Source of the DNA: Patescibacteria group bacterium
GTDB taxonomy: Bacteria > Patescibacteriota > Patescibacteriia > JAXHNJ01
Assembly: GCA_041649715.1 (NCBI GenBank)
Contig: JBAZMP010000001.1
Coordinates: 309,287 to 373,286 of the forward strand
Direction of reading: 5' to 3'
Length of the DNA: 64,000 bases
The notes under the pieces are model-generated. The model saw only the letters and a list, made by a program, of their open reading frames with translations. It was not told the origin of the DNA and made no database searches. Positions 50,396-60,117 of this stretch are shown piece by piece. Position numbers and translations under genes: made by a program. Numbering within the stretch: the stretch's first letter is position 1; the number at the start of each line of letters is the position of its first letter.

Positions 50396-50564
50396 GATCA
50401 GTTCTCCTTTTGATTTTTACTTTCGTGATTTAAGATGAATAAGGACAAAACTGCGCCAATAAATTACCCCGTCAGCCGAATGTTGTCGAGCAGAACAGCT
50501 GTTTTATAGTTGATTGTACCCTCAAAATATGGTAATATTTAAACATTAAATTTAATGACAGAAA

Positions 50565-51749
50565 ATGCAACAAAATAAAATAGCCGAAAGTAAAAATGAG
50601 GGTAAAAAAGAAATAAAGTTGACCCGAGGCCAGACGATCAAGTCGATGGTGCTGGGCGTTCTGACCTTGGGGGCAGGATTTTTGGCGTGGTTCGCCATTG
50701 CCCGCATCTTAAATAACGGTTTGCGGTTTGACAGCGCGAATATCTGGTTATTTATTTTTGATGTTATTTTTCCGGTTTTAGCTTTTTGCCTCTGGGTGGC
50801 TTTTATCGGAATAGACGCCATTTTTATTCGGAAAAAAATCTGGGTTTATCCCCTTGCCTTGCTGTCAATTATACCCTTGTTTATGTTTTTTCCTCTTAAT
50901 ATTTATGCCCTTATCGCTTTTACCATCATTGTTTTAGCCTATTTGTATTTTATACGTGGTGCCAGGCGGGAGCGCAGGGATCGGATAAAATTTCATTTAA
51001 TCAATTGCCTAAAAGTTCATTTAGGCTTGACCCTTATTTTTTGTATCGCCGCCATCTCTCTGCTTTTTTACAGTCACATGGCCGAAAAGCAGAAAAACGG
51101 CCAAACAAACACCAATGATGTGGTGGCTTCAAGCACGGCTGATTTGGTCAATCTATTTTTGGAAAGTCAATTCAGCAACTATAATCCGGACCAGACTTTA
51201 GATGAATTCATTTTACAGTCCGGCCAGCAGTTCATCGAACAACTCGGACCCCAGCTGGGCGAGGGAGTAAAAGTCGAATCGAGCTTCCAAACCGAGAATT
51301 TAATCAACAAGATTGAAGAAGCGATAAACAGGGGTGAAATTAAAAGAGATGATCTGCCGGCGGAATTATTACAAAAATTGGATGAGGGCCGGTTAACCGC
51401 CAGTGACGTGGTGGATGCCCAATTGACTTCGCTCTTTACGGACCAGCTGGCGGCTGGCCGGGATGATTTTTTAAAACAGCTTGGCGTCGAGGCGAAAGGT
51501 ACGGATAAGATATCCGAGGTGGTGAAAAAGATCGTCAGTCATTTGCTGAGCGAGGGTTTACTGCCGTTTGTGACCTGGTTGCCGCCTTTTTTGGCGATTT
51601 CCTTGTTTTTTACCCTGGCGATTTTTGATTTTCTCTACGTCATTTTCGTCAAGATCATCGCTCTTCTAATATATCTCGTTTTGTTAATTTCTAAGTTTAT
51701 TATTGTAAAGAAGGAGACTAAAGAAGTGGAAGTGGCGGAGCTTTCTTAA
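50565..51749 (+). CDS. Multi-pass membrane protein with a large extracytoplasmic helical loop
   Basis: Several N-terminal and C-terminal TM helices; candidate promoter TTGATT-N17-TAATAT at 50510-50538. Confidence 0.7.
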   Translation: MQQNKIAESKNEGKKEIKLTRGQTIKSMVLGVLTLGAGFLAWFAIARILNNGLRFDSANIWLFIFDVIFPVLAFCLWVAFIGIDAIFIRKKIWVYPLALLSIIPLFMFFPLNIYALIAFTIIVLAYLYFIRGARRERRDRIKFHLINCLKVHLGLTLIFCIAAISLLFYSHMAEKQKNGQTNTNDVVASSTADLVNLFLESQFSNYNPDQTLDEFILQSGQQFIEQLGPQLGEGVKVESSFQTENLINKIEEAINRGEIKRDDLPAELLQKLDEGRLTASDVVDAQLTSLFTDQLAAGRDDFLKQLGVEAKGTDKISEVVKKIVSHLLSEGLLPFVTWLPPFLAISLFFTLAIFDFLYVIFVKIIALLIYLVLLISKFIIVKKETKEVEVAELS

Positions 51750-51758
51750 GTATATTTT

Positions 51759-52892
51759 ATGGCTAAGGATTATTACAATCTGCTGGGTGTGGAAAAATCC
51801 GCTTCCGAAGAGGAAATCAAGCGGGCTTTTCGGCGCCTCGCCCACCAGCATCACCCGGACAAGAGCGGCGGTAATGAGGCTAAATTCAAAGAAATCAACG
51901 AGGCTTATCAGGTTTTGGGCAACAAGGAAAAACGGCAGCAGTATGATCAATACGGCACGACCTTTGATGACGCCGCCCGCGGCGGCGCCGGCGGCTGGCA
52001 GGATTTTTCTAGGGGGGCCGGCGGTTTTAATTGGTCGGATTTTTTCCGCCAAGGGCAGGCGGGCGGTACCCAGGAACAGGAGCAGGAATTTGATTTTGGA
52101 AATATCGGCGATATTTTTGGCGATATCTTTGGCTTTAGCGGCGGGAGGCAGACAAGAACCAGAAAAACCAAAGCTCGCGACATTACCGTGAGCCTAAACA
52201 TTGATTTCAAGGAGGCGGTTTTTGGGGCGGAAAAATTAATTGATCTTCATAAATCCGTAGCCTGTCCGCGTTGCGGCGGAACAGGAGCCGAGCCCGGCGC
52301 CAAAGTGGAAACCTGCCCGACCTGCCATGGTGCCGGCCAGGTACAAAGGATCCAAAATAGTTTTTTTGGCCAGATCCGCAGTTATGGCGTCTGCCCGGCC
52401 TGCCACGGACAGGGAAGTGTCATGAGCAAGAAATGCGCGGAGTGTAAAGGCAAGGGAACGATAAAAGATACGAAAAGAATAAAAGTAAAAATTCCCGCCG
52501 GCATTGACTCCGGTCAGACGATCCGGCTGACGGGGGAAGGGGAGGCGGCCGGTTTGGCCGGCCGTCCGGGCGATTTATTTCTTCAGGTTGAAGTAAATCC
52601 GGACTCATACTTTAGGCGGGAAGGGGAGGATATTTACACCGAAAAAGAAATCACGTTTTCCCAAGCCGCTTTAGGAGCGACCGCCGAAATTGAGACCGTG
52701 GATGGACCAGTTAAATTGAAAATTCCCGGCGGCACCCAGTCGGAAAAGTTATTTCGTTTAAAGGATAAAGGGGTGCCGCACTTGCAAGGCCGCGGGAGAG
52801 GGGATCATTACGTCAAGATTATTGTAAAAACGCCAACTCATATAAACCGGCGGGCCAGGGGATTACTAGAGGAGTTATCTGGCGAAGAATAA
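51759..52892 (+). CDS. dnaJ: Chaperone DnaJ
   Basis: J domain with HPD, G/F region, four CxxCxGxG repeats. Confidence 0.97.
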   Translation: MAKDYYNLLGVEKSASEEEIKRAFRRLAHQHHPDKSGGNEAKFKEINEAYQVLGNKEKRQQYDQYGTTFDDAARGGAGGWQDFSRGAGGFNWSDFFRQGQAGGTQEQEQEFDFGNIGDIFGDIFGFSGGRQTRTRKTKARDITVSLNIDFKEAVFGAEKLIDLHKSVACPRCGGTGAEPGAKVETCPTCHGAGQVQRIQNSFFGQIRSYGVCPACHGQGSVMSKKCAECKGKGTIKDTKRIKVKIPAGIDSGQTIRLTGEGEAAGLAGRPGDLFLQVEVNPDSYFRREGEDIYTEKEITFSQAALGATAEIETVDGPVKLKIPGGTQSEKLFRLKDKGVPHLQGRGRGDHYVKIIVKTPTHINRRARGLLEELSGEE

Positions 52893-52953
52893 ATATTGCT
52901 TATTCTCGTAAATTATGCTATAATATAAGAGCTGGATAAATAAAAACAAACAA

Positions 52954-53511
52954 ATGCCTTTTATTTTAGGCAATGTCATCACTAACGTATCGAGTTCGGC
53001 CTCAAGTTACGTGGCCAACATAAACTGGGGACAGCCCACTTGGGATCTGTTTATTGTCCTCTTTTTTATTATCGCTGGCTTCCTGTATGGCTTATCTTTG
53101 GGACGGGACCGCATTATCGTGATAATTGTCTCTATTTACATGGCTCTTGCGGTCATTAACACGCCACCGGTCATGTCGGTCTTGCGCGAACTGACCATGT
53201 GGAAAATGTCCACATTTTTGGTTGTTTTTATCGCCTTGTTTTTCCTTTTGTCACGCTCGGCCCTGATGAAAACTTTCGGCGCCGAGGCCCAGGGTTCCTG
53301 GTGGCAGGTGATCTTATTCAGCGTGGTCCATGTCGGTCTGTTGGTGAGCGTAGTCCTGTCTTTTTTGCCGGCCGAGGCGGTGGCCAAGCTTTCTCCCTTA
53401 ACCCGGACTTTATTCGTTTATGATTATGCGCGGTTCGCCTGGATTGTCGGACCAATCCTTTTATTGATATTTCTCAAAAGCAAAGAGAAAAAGATAAAAT
53501 ACGATATCTAA
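52954..53511 (+). CDS. Membrane protein (CvpA-like topology)
   Basis: About five hydrophobic helices; WDLFI..F...G..YG...G. Confidence 0.6.
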   Translation: MPFILGNVITNVSSSASSYVANINWGQPTWDLFIVLFFIIAGFLYGLSLGRDRIIVIIVSIYMALAVINTPPVMSVLRELTMWKMSTFLVVFIALFFLLSRSALMKTFGAEAQGSWWQVILFSVVHVGLLVSVVLSFLPAEAVAKLSPLTRTLFVYDYARFAWIVGPILLLIFLKSKEKKIKYDI

Positions 53512-53710
53512 GTTTACGCGAATATAAAAAAGATCGTATCCCAGGGTCTTTTTTTGTTTGGGCTTGACAAATTCGCCCAGTTATGATAATCTACCTGGTC
53601 ATCTCAATGTACTTCTGTGCTCATATAATTATATATAATTATAAAATAAATTCATCCAGGCCTCATTTTAGCAGGACAACGCATCTACATCATAGGAGCT
53701 CTGATCAGCT

Positions 53711-54034
53711 ATGGAGGGGAAGGCTGCCCAACAGGACAAGCTGTCTTACGTTCTGATTGACCCGACCGATAAGGGTTTGATCATTTATGGTCCGGTCGCG
53801 CGTTTTCCGGGCGACAAAATCTGCGCCGAGATTAAGCGGCGGCTGTCGGAAAAAGGTTTTTGGTTCGATGAATCAAAAACCATGGTCTTTATCAGTTTGA
53901 CGCCTCTTTCAGAGGAGCGCTTGGCAAGCTTCATTGATTTAAGAATCAATGCCAGGGAGGTTGTCATCTCATATTCGTATCTCCGCCAAAAAAGCGCCAA
54001 GTGGGTCAATCTGAACGGCAATCACGAGGGCTAG
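53711..54034 (+). CDS. Orphan protein in a solo cassette (convergent on the downstream genes)
   Basis: TTGACA-N17-TAATCT at 53564-53592; AGGAG upstream; GGGCTAG..CTAGCCC-T run terminator at the stop. Confidence 0.6.
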   Translation: MEGKAAQQDKLSYVLIDPTDKGLIIYGPVARFPGDKICAEIKRRLSEKGFWFDESKTMVFISLTPLSEERLASFIDLRINAREVVISYSYLRQKSAKWVNLNGNHEG

Positions 54035-54038
54035 TCCG

Positions 54039-54938
54039 CTAGCCCTTTTTTATTTGGGGTGGTTTATTTGCCGGTAAAAATATGGTGGCGACCAGACTTC
54101 TTTCCTTGCCGTATTTTTCATAGTTTTTTAGAGCCAAGCGTTTGGAAAAAGAGACAAGTTTTTTAGGCATTAATTTAGAATTTTTCTGGTATATTTTAGC
54201 AAAGAAATTCCTATTTTTTAGGGTTTCTATAAATCCGTCGGAATAGAAAACTAGCAAATCCCCTTTGGTTAATTTTATTTTACCCTGGCCAATGAACGGT
54301 TCAGCCGACTTTTCTCCGGTCAAGGCGCCGTAGGAAACTAATCTAGAATTAAATATTTTATTAGGCCGGTTTCTGTGTTTGGTTCTGATCAGGTAGCGAT
54401 AGGCGGGCAGTGAATAATTCAAATTTTTTGTTTTCAGGTGTTTCTTTTCAAAATCAGTGAACTTTTTCATATCGTCTTCCGTCTGAAATTTCAAGCGGCC
54501 GTTTTTATCAAAAATAGCCAGACCGCCATCGCAGATATAGCCGTAATACAAGACATCGTATTTTATCAGACCGCCGCTCGCCACACAGCCGAAATAGTCA
54601 TTGACGAGATAGTCGACATTTTTTATTTTTTTCCGGTTATAATTTCTAATCAATCCGTTTATTTTGATAAAAATTTTTTTGATGTCATTAGTGTTTCGGC
54701 CAAGTCGAATAAAATTTTTGCAGAAAATATCGGCGACAGCTTTGGCGCCGCTGGGATTAGGATAATATTTTAATATCTTCCTGATATTTCTGCTATCTTT
54801 TGGGAAATCCTTCGGTAATTTCGGGTCGCGCGTAATACCGTCCGCCACGCAAAAAATATGGTGGTGGGCGGCCACGGCGTCTTCGGACGGAATTAGTTGG
54901 CCGTATTTAATATTCGGTAGTTGAATTTTTATTATCAT
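54039..54938 (-). CDS. PP2C-like phosphatase
   Basis: SED, VADG, ICDG, YSDG motifs. Confidence 0.7.
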   Translation of the reverse strand: MIIKIQLPNIKYGQLIPSEDAVAAHHHIFCVADGITRDPKLPKDFPKDSRNIRKILKYYPNPSGAKAVADIFCKNFIRLGRNTNDIKKIFIKINGLIRNYNRKKIKNVDYLVNDYFGCVASGGLIKYDVLYYGYICDGGLAIFDKNGRLKFQTEDDMKKFTDFEKKHLKTKNLNYSLPAYRYLIRTKHRNRPNKIFNSRLVSYGALTGEKSAEPFIGQGKIKLTKGDLLVFYSDGFIETLKNRNFFAKIYQKNSKLMPKKLVSFSKRLALKNYEKYGKERSLVATIFLPANKPPQIKKG

Positions 54939-54943
54939 ATTTT

Positions 54944-55924
54944 TTATTTCCGGCTGTTTTGGGCCGGAGTTTTTAAATTCAGCGTTTTAACGATTGAGCT
55001 TATAGATGAGGTAATAACGAGCTTTTGTCGCAGTTTTGAAGCGTCGGGTTGACCCGAAACATACCAGGCCAGATGTTTGCGCAGTTCCACTAGGCCGTAT
55101 TCACCCTTACTCTGAAAGGCTAATTCCGCGTGGCGGAGCATTACTTTCTTGATTTGTTCCCAGTGAAATTCTTGGTAGCGGCCGGCCCCCAAATAATCTT
55201 TTATCTGTTGGAATAGCCAAGGCCGGCCGCGCACGCCGCGGGCCAAGCCTAAGCCGTCAGCCTTGGTTTTTTCTAACATGATTTTAGCTTCTTCGGGTTT
55301 ATTTATTCCGCCGTTGGCCAAGACCGGAACACTGACCATGGTTTTTGCTTTTTTTATCATTTCATAATCAACAGGTCCGGCAAACTCCTGTTCGTAAGAG
55401 CGGCCGTGGATCATAATAGCGGCAACCGGGAGGGCGTTTATCCTCTTTATAAAATCAATGGCGGTTATTTTTCCGCCCCTATCATTGATTGAAGTCCTTA
55501 TCTTGACGGAAACAGGCAAAGAGGTGCCTTTTAGCGTGTGTATTATTATTTCGTAACATTTGTCCAGGTTTTTCATCAATGTCACGCCGCCGCCATGGGC
55601 CACGACCTTTTTGGCCGGGCAGCCGAAGTTGATGTCAATTCCCGAGGCCCCCGAATTTTCTACTTGCGCGGCGGCGGCCGTAAACTTTTCCGGCCTTTTT
55701 CCGAAGAGTTGAATAACCAGGGGTCTTTCCTTTTTATTGAATTTTAGCAGTTCTAGAGTTTTTTTCCCGCCGTAGAATAAACCGTCAGCCGAGGTCATTT
55801 CCGAATATAAAACATCCGCCCCGTATTCCCGGCAGATCTGACGGAAAGCGGAATCGGTGATGCCGGCCATGGGGGCCAGAGCTAGGATTGGCTTGCCTGA
55901 TTTTTGCCAGAAGTTTTTCGCCAT
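54944..55924 (-). CDS. dusB: tRNA-dihydrouridine synthase (DusB-like)
   Basis: LAPMAGITD, QLFG, DINFGCP, VKIR, IHGR, ANGG, RKHLAWY. Confidence 0.9.
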   Translation of the reverse strand: MAKNFWQKSGKPILALAPMAGITDSAFRQICREYGADVLYSEMTSADGLFYGGKKTLELLKFNKKERPLVIQLFGKRPEKFTAAAAQVENSGASGIDINFGCPAKKVVAHGGGVTLMKNLDKCYEIIIHTLKGTSLPVSVKIRTSINDRGGKITAIDFIKRINALPVAAIMIHGRSYEQEFAGPVDYEMIKKAKTMVSVPVLANGGINKPEEAKIMLEKTKADGLGLARGVRGRPWLFQQIKDYLGAGRYQEFHWEQIKKVMLRHAELAFQSKGEYGLVELRKHLAWYVSGQPDASKLRQKLVITSSISSIVKTLNLKTPAQNSRK

Positions 55925-55960
55925 CTAATCATTCTAGTTTAAAAATTTAGACAAAGCAAA

Positions 55961-55990
55961 TCCCCCATCTACGCGCCGTAAATGGGGGAC
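55961..55990 (-). terminator. Terminator hairpin after the Clp operon
   Basis: TCCCCCAT..ATGGGGGA stem with an adjacent A run on +. Confidence 0.55.
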
Positions 55991-56029
55991 TGGGTAATTA
56001 AAATTCTACTTACCCTTACGAAAGGACGA

Positions 56030-56194
56030 TTAAATGCCCAACAGGGCAATGCAGAAAAGGCCTAGGCAGGAGACGATCGTGCTGGCCAGGGTAATACCGC
56101 CAGCGATTTCTCCCATGACATGTGTGTCTTTCTTGCCCTTGCCTTCAGGATTATTTCCCTCGGGTGGGATGGGCTTTGTTTGGTTTTTTTCCAT
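56030..56194 (-). CDS. Unannotated 54-aa tail-anchored membrane protein
   Basis: Manual translation MEKNQTKPIPPEGNNPEGKGKKDTHVMGEIAGGITLASTIVSCLGLFCIALLGI; AAGGAA upstream. Confidence 0.55.
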   Translation of the reverse strand: MEKNQTKPIPPEGNNPEGKGKKDTHVMGEIAGGITLASTIVSCLGLFCIALLGI

Positions 56195-56260
56195 TTTTGT
56201 TTTCCTTTTTGTTTTTGTTTTTCCGAAAAGTTATTTTTCGGATATATTATTTCGACCTTT

Positions 56261-57208
56261 TTATTTTTTTGTTTGAGGGAGTCGGAAACTGTCGTGCGCC
56301 CAGTCGTCAGTTACCGATTGAACGTCTTGTTCCGTAACTATCGCTTTTTGTTTTTCGTATTTTTGGGGATTCGTGATGCTATCCAGCCTTACCTTAGCGG
56401 CGGTTTCGTCCATCAGGTCAATCGCTTTATCCGGAAAAGTGCGACCGGAGAAGACGGAGGCGGAAAGATTGACGCAGGCGGCCAGCGCTTGATCAGAGAT
56501 TTTAACGGAATGATGGCGTTGGTAGCGGTGCCTTAATCCTTTCAATATTTCCAAAGTTTGCTGGGGGGATGGTTCATCGACAAACACCGGCTGAAATCTT
56601 CTTTCTAGTGTTCTGTCCTTAGCGATGGATTTTTCATAATCTTGCAGGGTAGTGGCCCCGATGGCCTGCAGCTCTCCGCGCGCCAAAGCCGGTTTTAAGA
56701 TATCAGCCGCGTCAATGGCTCCGGTGGCTTCGCCCGCTTCGGCTAATGAATGGAGTTCGTCAATAAAAATAATAATATTTCTTTTGGAAGCGATTATTTC
56801 GTCCACCACCATTTTTAATCTTTTTTCAAATTCGCCGCGGTACTTTGTGCCGGCGACCAGACCGGAAAGGTCAAGGGCGAGAAGCCTTTTATCTTTTAAG
56901 GGTTCGGGTACCTCGCCCCTTACGATCTCGTTAGCCAGTTCTTCAACAATCGCGGTTTTGCCCACGCCCGACTTGCCGATTAACACAGGATTATTTTTCG
57001 TCCGTCGGGTCAAAATCTGGATGACTCTTTGGATTTCGTGGCTGCGGCCGACCACTGGGTCAAGTTTACAGGCCCTGGCCAGGTCAGTTAAATCCTTGGA
57101 GTATAGGGCCAAAGTGTTGGTACGCGCCGTTACTTTTTGGCTGCGCTGGTAAAGGAATATGACAACCACGAGGCCGAGTAAACCGATGATATATATGTAG
57201 ATATTCAT
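56261..57208 (-). CDS. Membrane-anchored single-module ClpA/B/C-type AAA+ ATPase
   Basis: N-terminal TM; [49 protein letters not shown]; no Clp-N domain and no second AAA module. Confidence 0.85.
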   Translation of the reverse strand: MNIYIYIIGLLGLVVVIFLYQRSQKVTARTNTLALYSKDLTDLARACKLDPVVGRSHEIQRVIQILTRRTKNNPVLIGKSGVGKTAIVEELANEIVRGEVPEPLKDKRLLALDLSGLVAGTKYRGEFEKRLKMVVDEIIASKRNIIIFIDELHSLAEAGEATGAIDAADILKPALARGELQAIGATTLQDYEKSIAKDRTLERRFQPVFVDEPSPQQTLEILKGLRHRYQRHHSVKISDQALAACVNLSASVFSGRTFPDKAIDLMDETAAKVRLDSITNPQKYEKQKAIVTEQDVQSVTDDWAHDSFRLPQTKK

Positions 57209-57214
57209 AATTTT

Positions 57215-57502
57215 TTATAGGCCGGTATTAAACTCCAGATCGTTATTTCCCGCGTTGGCATTCAGGGGATCTGTTTGATTAGTCGCGGCGTTATTATTCA
57301 GCTGCCTGTTAAGGTTTGATAAATTGGAGGGTTGATTGACATTTAAAGAGTCAGTTTTGGCGGAATTATTCATGATCAAGGTGTAGGCGCCGGCGAAAAC
57401 GATGACACCAACCGTGAGAAAGCAGGTGGCGAGCATAAAGCCCAAAGAAAGCCGGGTTTGAAGATTGGTTTTTGTCGCAATCTGAACTTCGCTTTTTTTC
57501 AT
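57215..57502 (-). CDS. Small single-TM protein with Asn-rich tail
   Basis: ATG at 57502 directly after the corA stop; TM helix then an N-rich segment. Confidence 0.6.
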   Translation of the reverse strand: MKKSEVQIATKTNLQTRLSLGFMLATCFLTVGVIVFAGAYTLIMNNSAKTDSLNVNQPSNLSNLNRQLNNNAATNQTDPLNANAGNNDLEFNTGL

Positions 57503-57507
57503 ATCCT

Positions 57508-58434
57508 TTATAAAAACTTTTTTTTCTTGAAAAATTGCCAGCTGACCAAGGTGGCGAACAAGAGAACAACGAGAATAATCCAAAAGCCCCAGCGGAAATG
57601 GAGGAAGGGGGTGTCTTTAGCGTTAATGGCAAAAATGGAGGCGATCAAGGTGAGAATGAAAATAATCACCGAGATGCTGGTAAAGGTTTTCATGATGTCG
57701 TTCAAACGGTTTGAGATCAATGATTCATTCGTTTCGTGCAGCGCCTCGATTGATTCCTTGAAGCTTTCCAGATGATCCCAGATTTCCTTACTTAGTTCAA
57801 TCAGATCGTTATAATAAATCGACATTTTTTGGTTTCTGGAGAAGCCCGTGTCTTTTATGATTATACTGAGCTTTTTCAGGGTATTTTTATGAGCCTGCAT
57901 AATTTGACGGAAATCGGTGATATTGCGCCGAATGATTAGAATTTCAGAGACCATCTTTTTTTCCGAGCCGCTGAAAATCTCCCTTTCGATGCTCCTGATG
58001 TCGAGACTGACATGATCGAGCATCGGATAGCAGTAACAGAGGAGTTTGTCCAGGATCTGGTAAAGCAGGAAGACGGAGCCTTCGGACAATATTTCGTATT
58101 TGACTTTTTCCTCGGTCTGGCAGGATTGAAAAAGCCCTCTTAGGGGCGCTAAATTATTATTGTGGACAGTGACAAAATAATCTTCTCCGATAAAGAAATC
58201 TATTTCCGAGGGCTCGATTTCGCGCGTTTTTCGGTTATAAACCGGGAATAAGAGAACCAGAAAAATATATTTTGGATACTTTTCGATTTTTGGCCTTTGG
58301 CCGTAAATCAAACAATCCTCTAGATCAAGAGGATGGAAAGGGAAGTTATTCCTTAGGAAATCAATCTCGCCTTTTTCCGGATTGACAATATTAATCCAGC
58401 GTAAATTTTTCGTCCTAATTTCCGCTAAACTCAT
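57508..58434 (-). CDS. corA: CorA-family transporter (second copy, AIN in place of GMN)
   Basis: FHPLDLED, RPKIE.Y, LNDIMK.FT, IFAIN. Confidence 0.82.
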   Translation of the reverse strand: MSLAEIRTKNLRWINIVNPEKGEIDFLRNNFPFHPLDLEDCLIYGQRPKIEKYPKYIFLVLLFPVYNRKTREIEPSEIDFFIGEDYFVTVHNNNLAPLRGLFQSCQTEEKVKYEILSEGSVFLLYQILDKLLCYCYPMLDHVSLDIRSIEREIFSGSEKKMVSEILIIRRNITDFRQIMQAHKNTLKKLSIIIKDTGFSRNQKMSIYYNDLIELSKEIWDHLESFKESIEALHETNESLISNRLNDIMKTFTSISVIIFILTLIASIFAINAKDTPFLHFRWGFWIILVVLLFATLVSWQFFKKKKFL

Positions 58435-58566
58435 GTGATTTTTTGTTTTTGTTTTATTTAACTTCTGCTTTTATTGTAGCACACTTTTCCTGTTTTGTAA
58501 AGGGTGTCGTCTTTAAGAAAAGTCCCCTTCGATTCTCTCAAAGGGGACATCTGCATCATGTGCATA

Positions 58567-59445
58567 TTACTTTTGGTCAAAGCCCGACGGGATTTTTACC
58601 GCGTCGACGCTTTTTCGCATCCCGGGGTTAGTCAGGAATATTTCCGGGATGAGATCGCGGCCGTCTCTGCCATAGAGCCGGCCGTTGCCGGTGACCACGA
58701 ACTCATAGCCTCCGGAATTTCTTCCGTTGACGTTTCCGCTCACGGAATACTGGCCCGGTAGAAAATCATAGGGGCACGCTCGGTTAGGCGGGACGATGAC
58801 TTCACGGGGGACGACGTCGTAAACCAACTTCGACTCATACCTCATTCCGTTGTCGTCTTCCCACTTGTTGACCACATTGCGCGGCGAACCATTTTTTTCC
58901 AGCCAGGAAAGCCGGATAGGGACACCCCACTTGTTGATGAAGGTAACCCGCGTCGCCTGATAGGTGAGTGGATGGGCGAACGAACGGTTCAGCCGTTCCG
59001 CGCCGTAGGGCGTGATATCCACGATTCGGGGCAGAAGAATATTTTCCATTCCGCGATTCGTGTCAAATGTCTTTCCTCCTCCGCCGGGGATTAGAAGAAA
59101 GCCGATCCGGGCGTTGTATTGCGTGTTTGCCGGCAGGTCCACTCTCACTTTTTTGCCCGGCCCAACTTCGATCCGGTACCAGGCCGTCCGGTACAAAAAA
59201 GGATTGGCTTGGTTCGGGTCAAAGTACCGCAGTACCCGGAATTCAAACTGGGCAAAAACGGGTTCTGTCGCCCAATTTTGGAATTCGACCGGGAACCAAG
59301 GTTCGGCGTACTGTTGCCGGATGTCTTGGGCCCTGGTTTCCGCCGAAACGGAATATACCGGCGTGGCCAACTGCTGGAATACGCTTCCGCAGCCCGCATT
59401 TGCGCTCATCAAAAGTATGATGAAAAGAACATGCGCCTTTTTCAT
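58567..59445 (-). CDS. Orphan putative lipoprotein in a solo cassette
   Basis: NAGC lipobox-like; AGGAGGT SD; TTGACA-N17-TAGCAT at 59500-59528; terminator at 58522-58548. Confidence 0.7.
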   Translation of the reverse strand: MKKAHVLFIILLMSANAGCGSVFQQLATPVYSVSAETRAQDIRQQYAEPWFPVEFQNWATEPVFAQFEFRVLRYFDPNQANPFLYRTAWYRIEVGPGKKVRVDLPANTQYNARIGFLLIPGGGGKTFDTNRGMENILLPRIVDITPYGAERLNRSFAHPLTYQATRVTFINKWGVPIRLSWLEKNGSPRNVVNKWEDDNGMRYESKLVYDVVPREVIVPPNRACPYDFLPGQYSVSGNVNGRNSGGYEFVVTGNGRLYGRDGRDLIPEIFLTNPGMRKSVDAVKIPSGFDQK

Positions 59446-59572
59446 GACCAGACCTCCTGTGTTTTCGCCTTTTTTCGTATTCTATTTCCGCAACTCGTTA
59501 TGCTAGCATATTTTTACTCTCTTGTCAAGAGGCGAAATTTATGGTATACTATAAACATAATCAAGCGATTTT

Positions 59573-60115
59573 ATGGTCAATCTTTCGGTCGGACAAATTG
59601 AACAAGAAAAAAAAGAGCCTGTTTTGAAAGAACCGGCGAAAGATTTTGAAGTCAAAAAAGAGACGGAGGTTTTTCCGGAAAAATCGGTCGAAAGGGCCGT
59701 GGAAGTCCGAACTGAGAAGGAAGCCGCTAAAAAAGAAGAACAGCCGCCGGCGATAATAGAGAAAGAAGCGGCCGGCCAACCCTCATCATCCGTGGGGGTG
59801 ACGGCGCCTAAGGTCGCAAAGACCCCGGTCATAAGGGAAATTGAAGGGATTATGGAAGAAGATCTGGCTGAGATTTATAACCGCCTGGACGAAAAGCAAA
59901 AGATAGTTTTTAAGGTGGAGGGGGAGAAAACGGCGACGAAAATAGGGGAGCTGCTTCAATCGGTTAAGACAAAGGCCAGGCAGATTTTAGAGCTGATAAA
60001 GCGCTGGCTGAAGGTTATTCCTGGCTATAACAGGTTTTTTTTGGAGCAGGAAGCAAAAATAAAGACAGACAAAATTTTGCGCCTAAAAGACAAAGAACAA
60101 AAAGGGGGAGATTAA
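59573..60115 (+). CDS. Hypothetical protein upstream of the VirD4-like ATPase
   Basis: Low-complexity N-half; helical C-half WLK.IPG.NRFFLEQEAKIKTD. Confidence 0.7.
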   Translation: MVNLSVGQIEQEKKEPVLKEPAKDFEVKKETEVFPEKSVERAVEVRTEKEAAKKEEQPPAIIEKEAAGQPSSSVGVTAPKVAKTPVIREIEGIMEEDLAEIYNRLDEKQKIVFKVEGEKTATKIGELLQSVKTKARQILELIKRWLKVIPGYNRFFLEQEAKIKTDKILRLKDKEQKGGD

Positions 60116-60117
60116 GC

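Noticed and set aside
46179-50489. Classical integron or prophage
   Set aside because: No IntI, no attC-type RYYYAAC/GTTRRRY arms, no phage structural genes; units carry their own promoters
53624-53643. Perfect 20-bp palindrome TATAATTATATATAATTATA
   Set aside because: AT-only, low complexity, single copy; may be chance
56034-56536. Overlapping + strand ORFs
   Set aside because: Antisense to the Clp gene and the 54-aa minus-strand ORF; low-complexity Phe-rich translations
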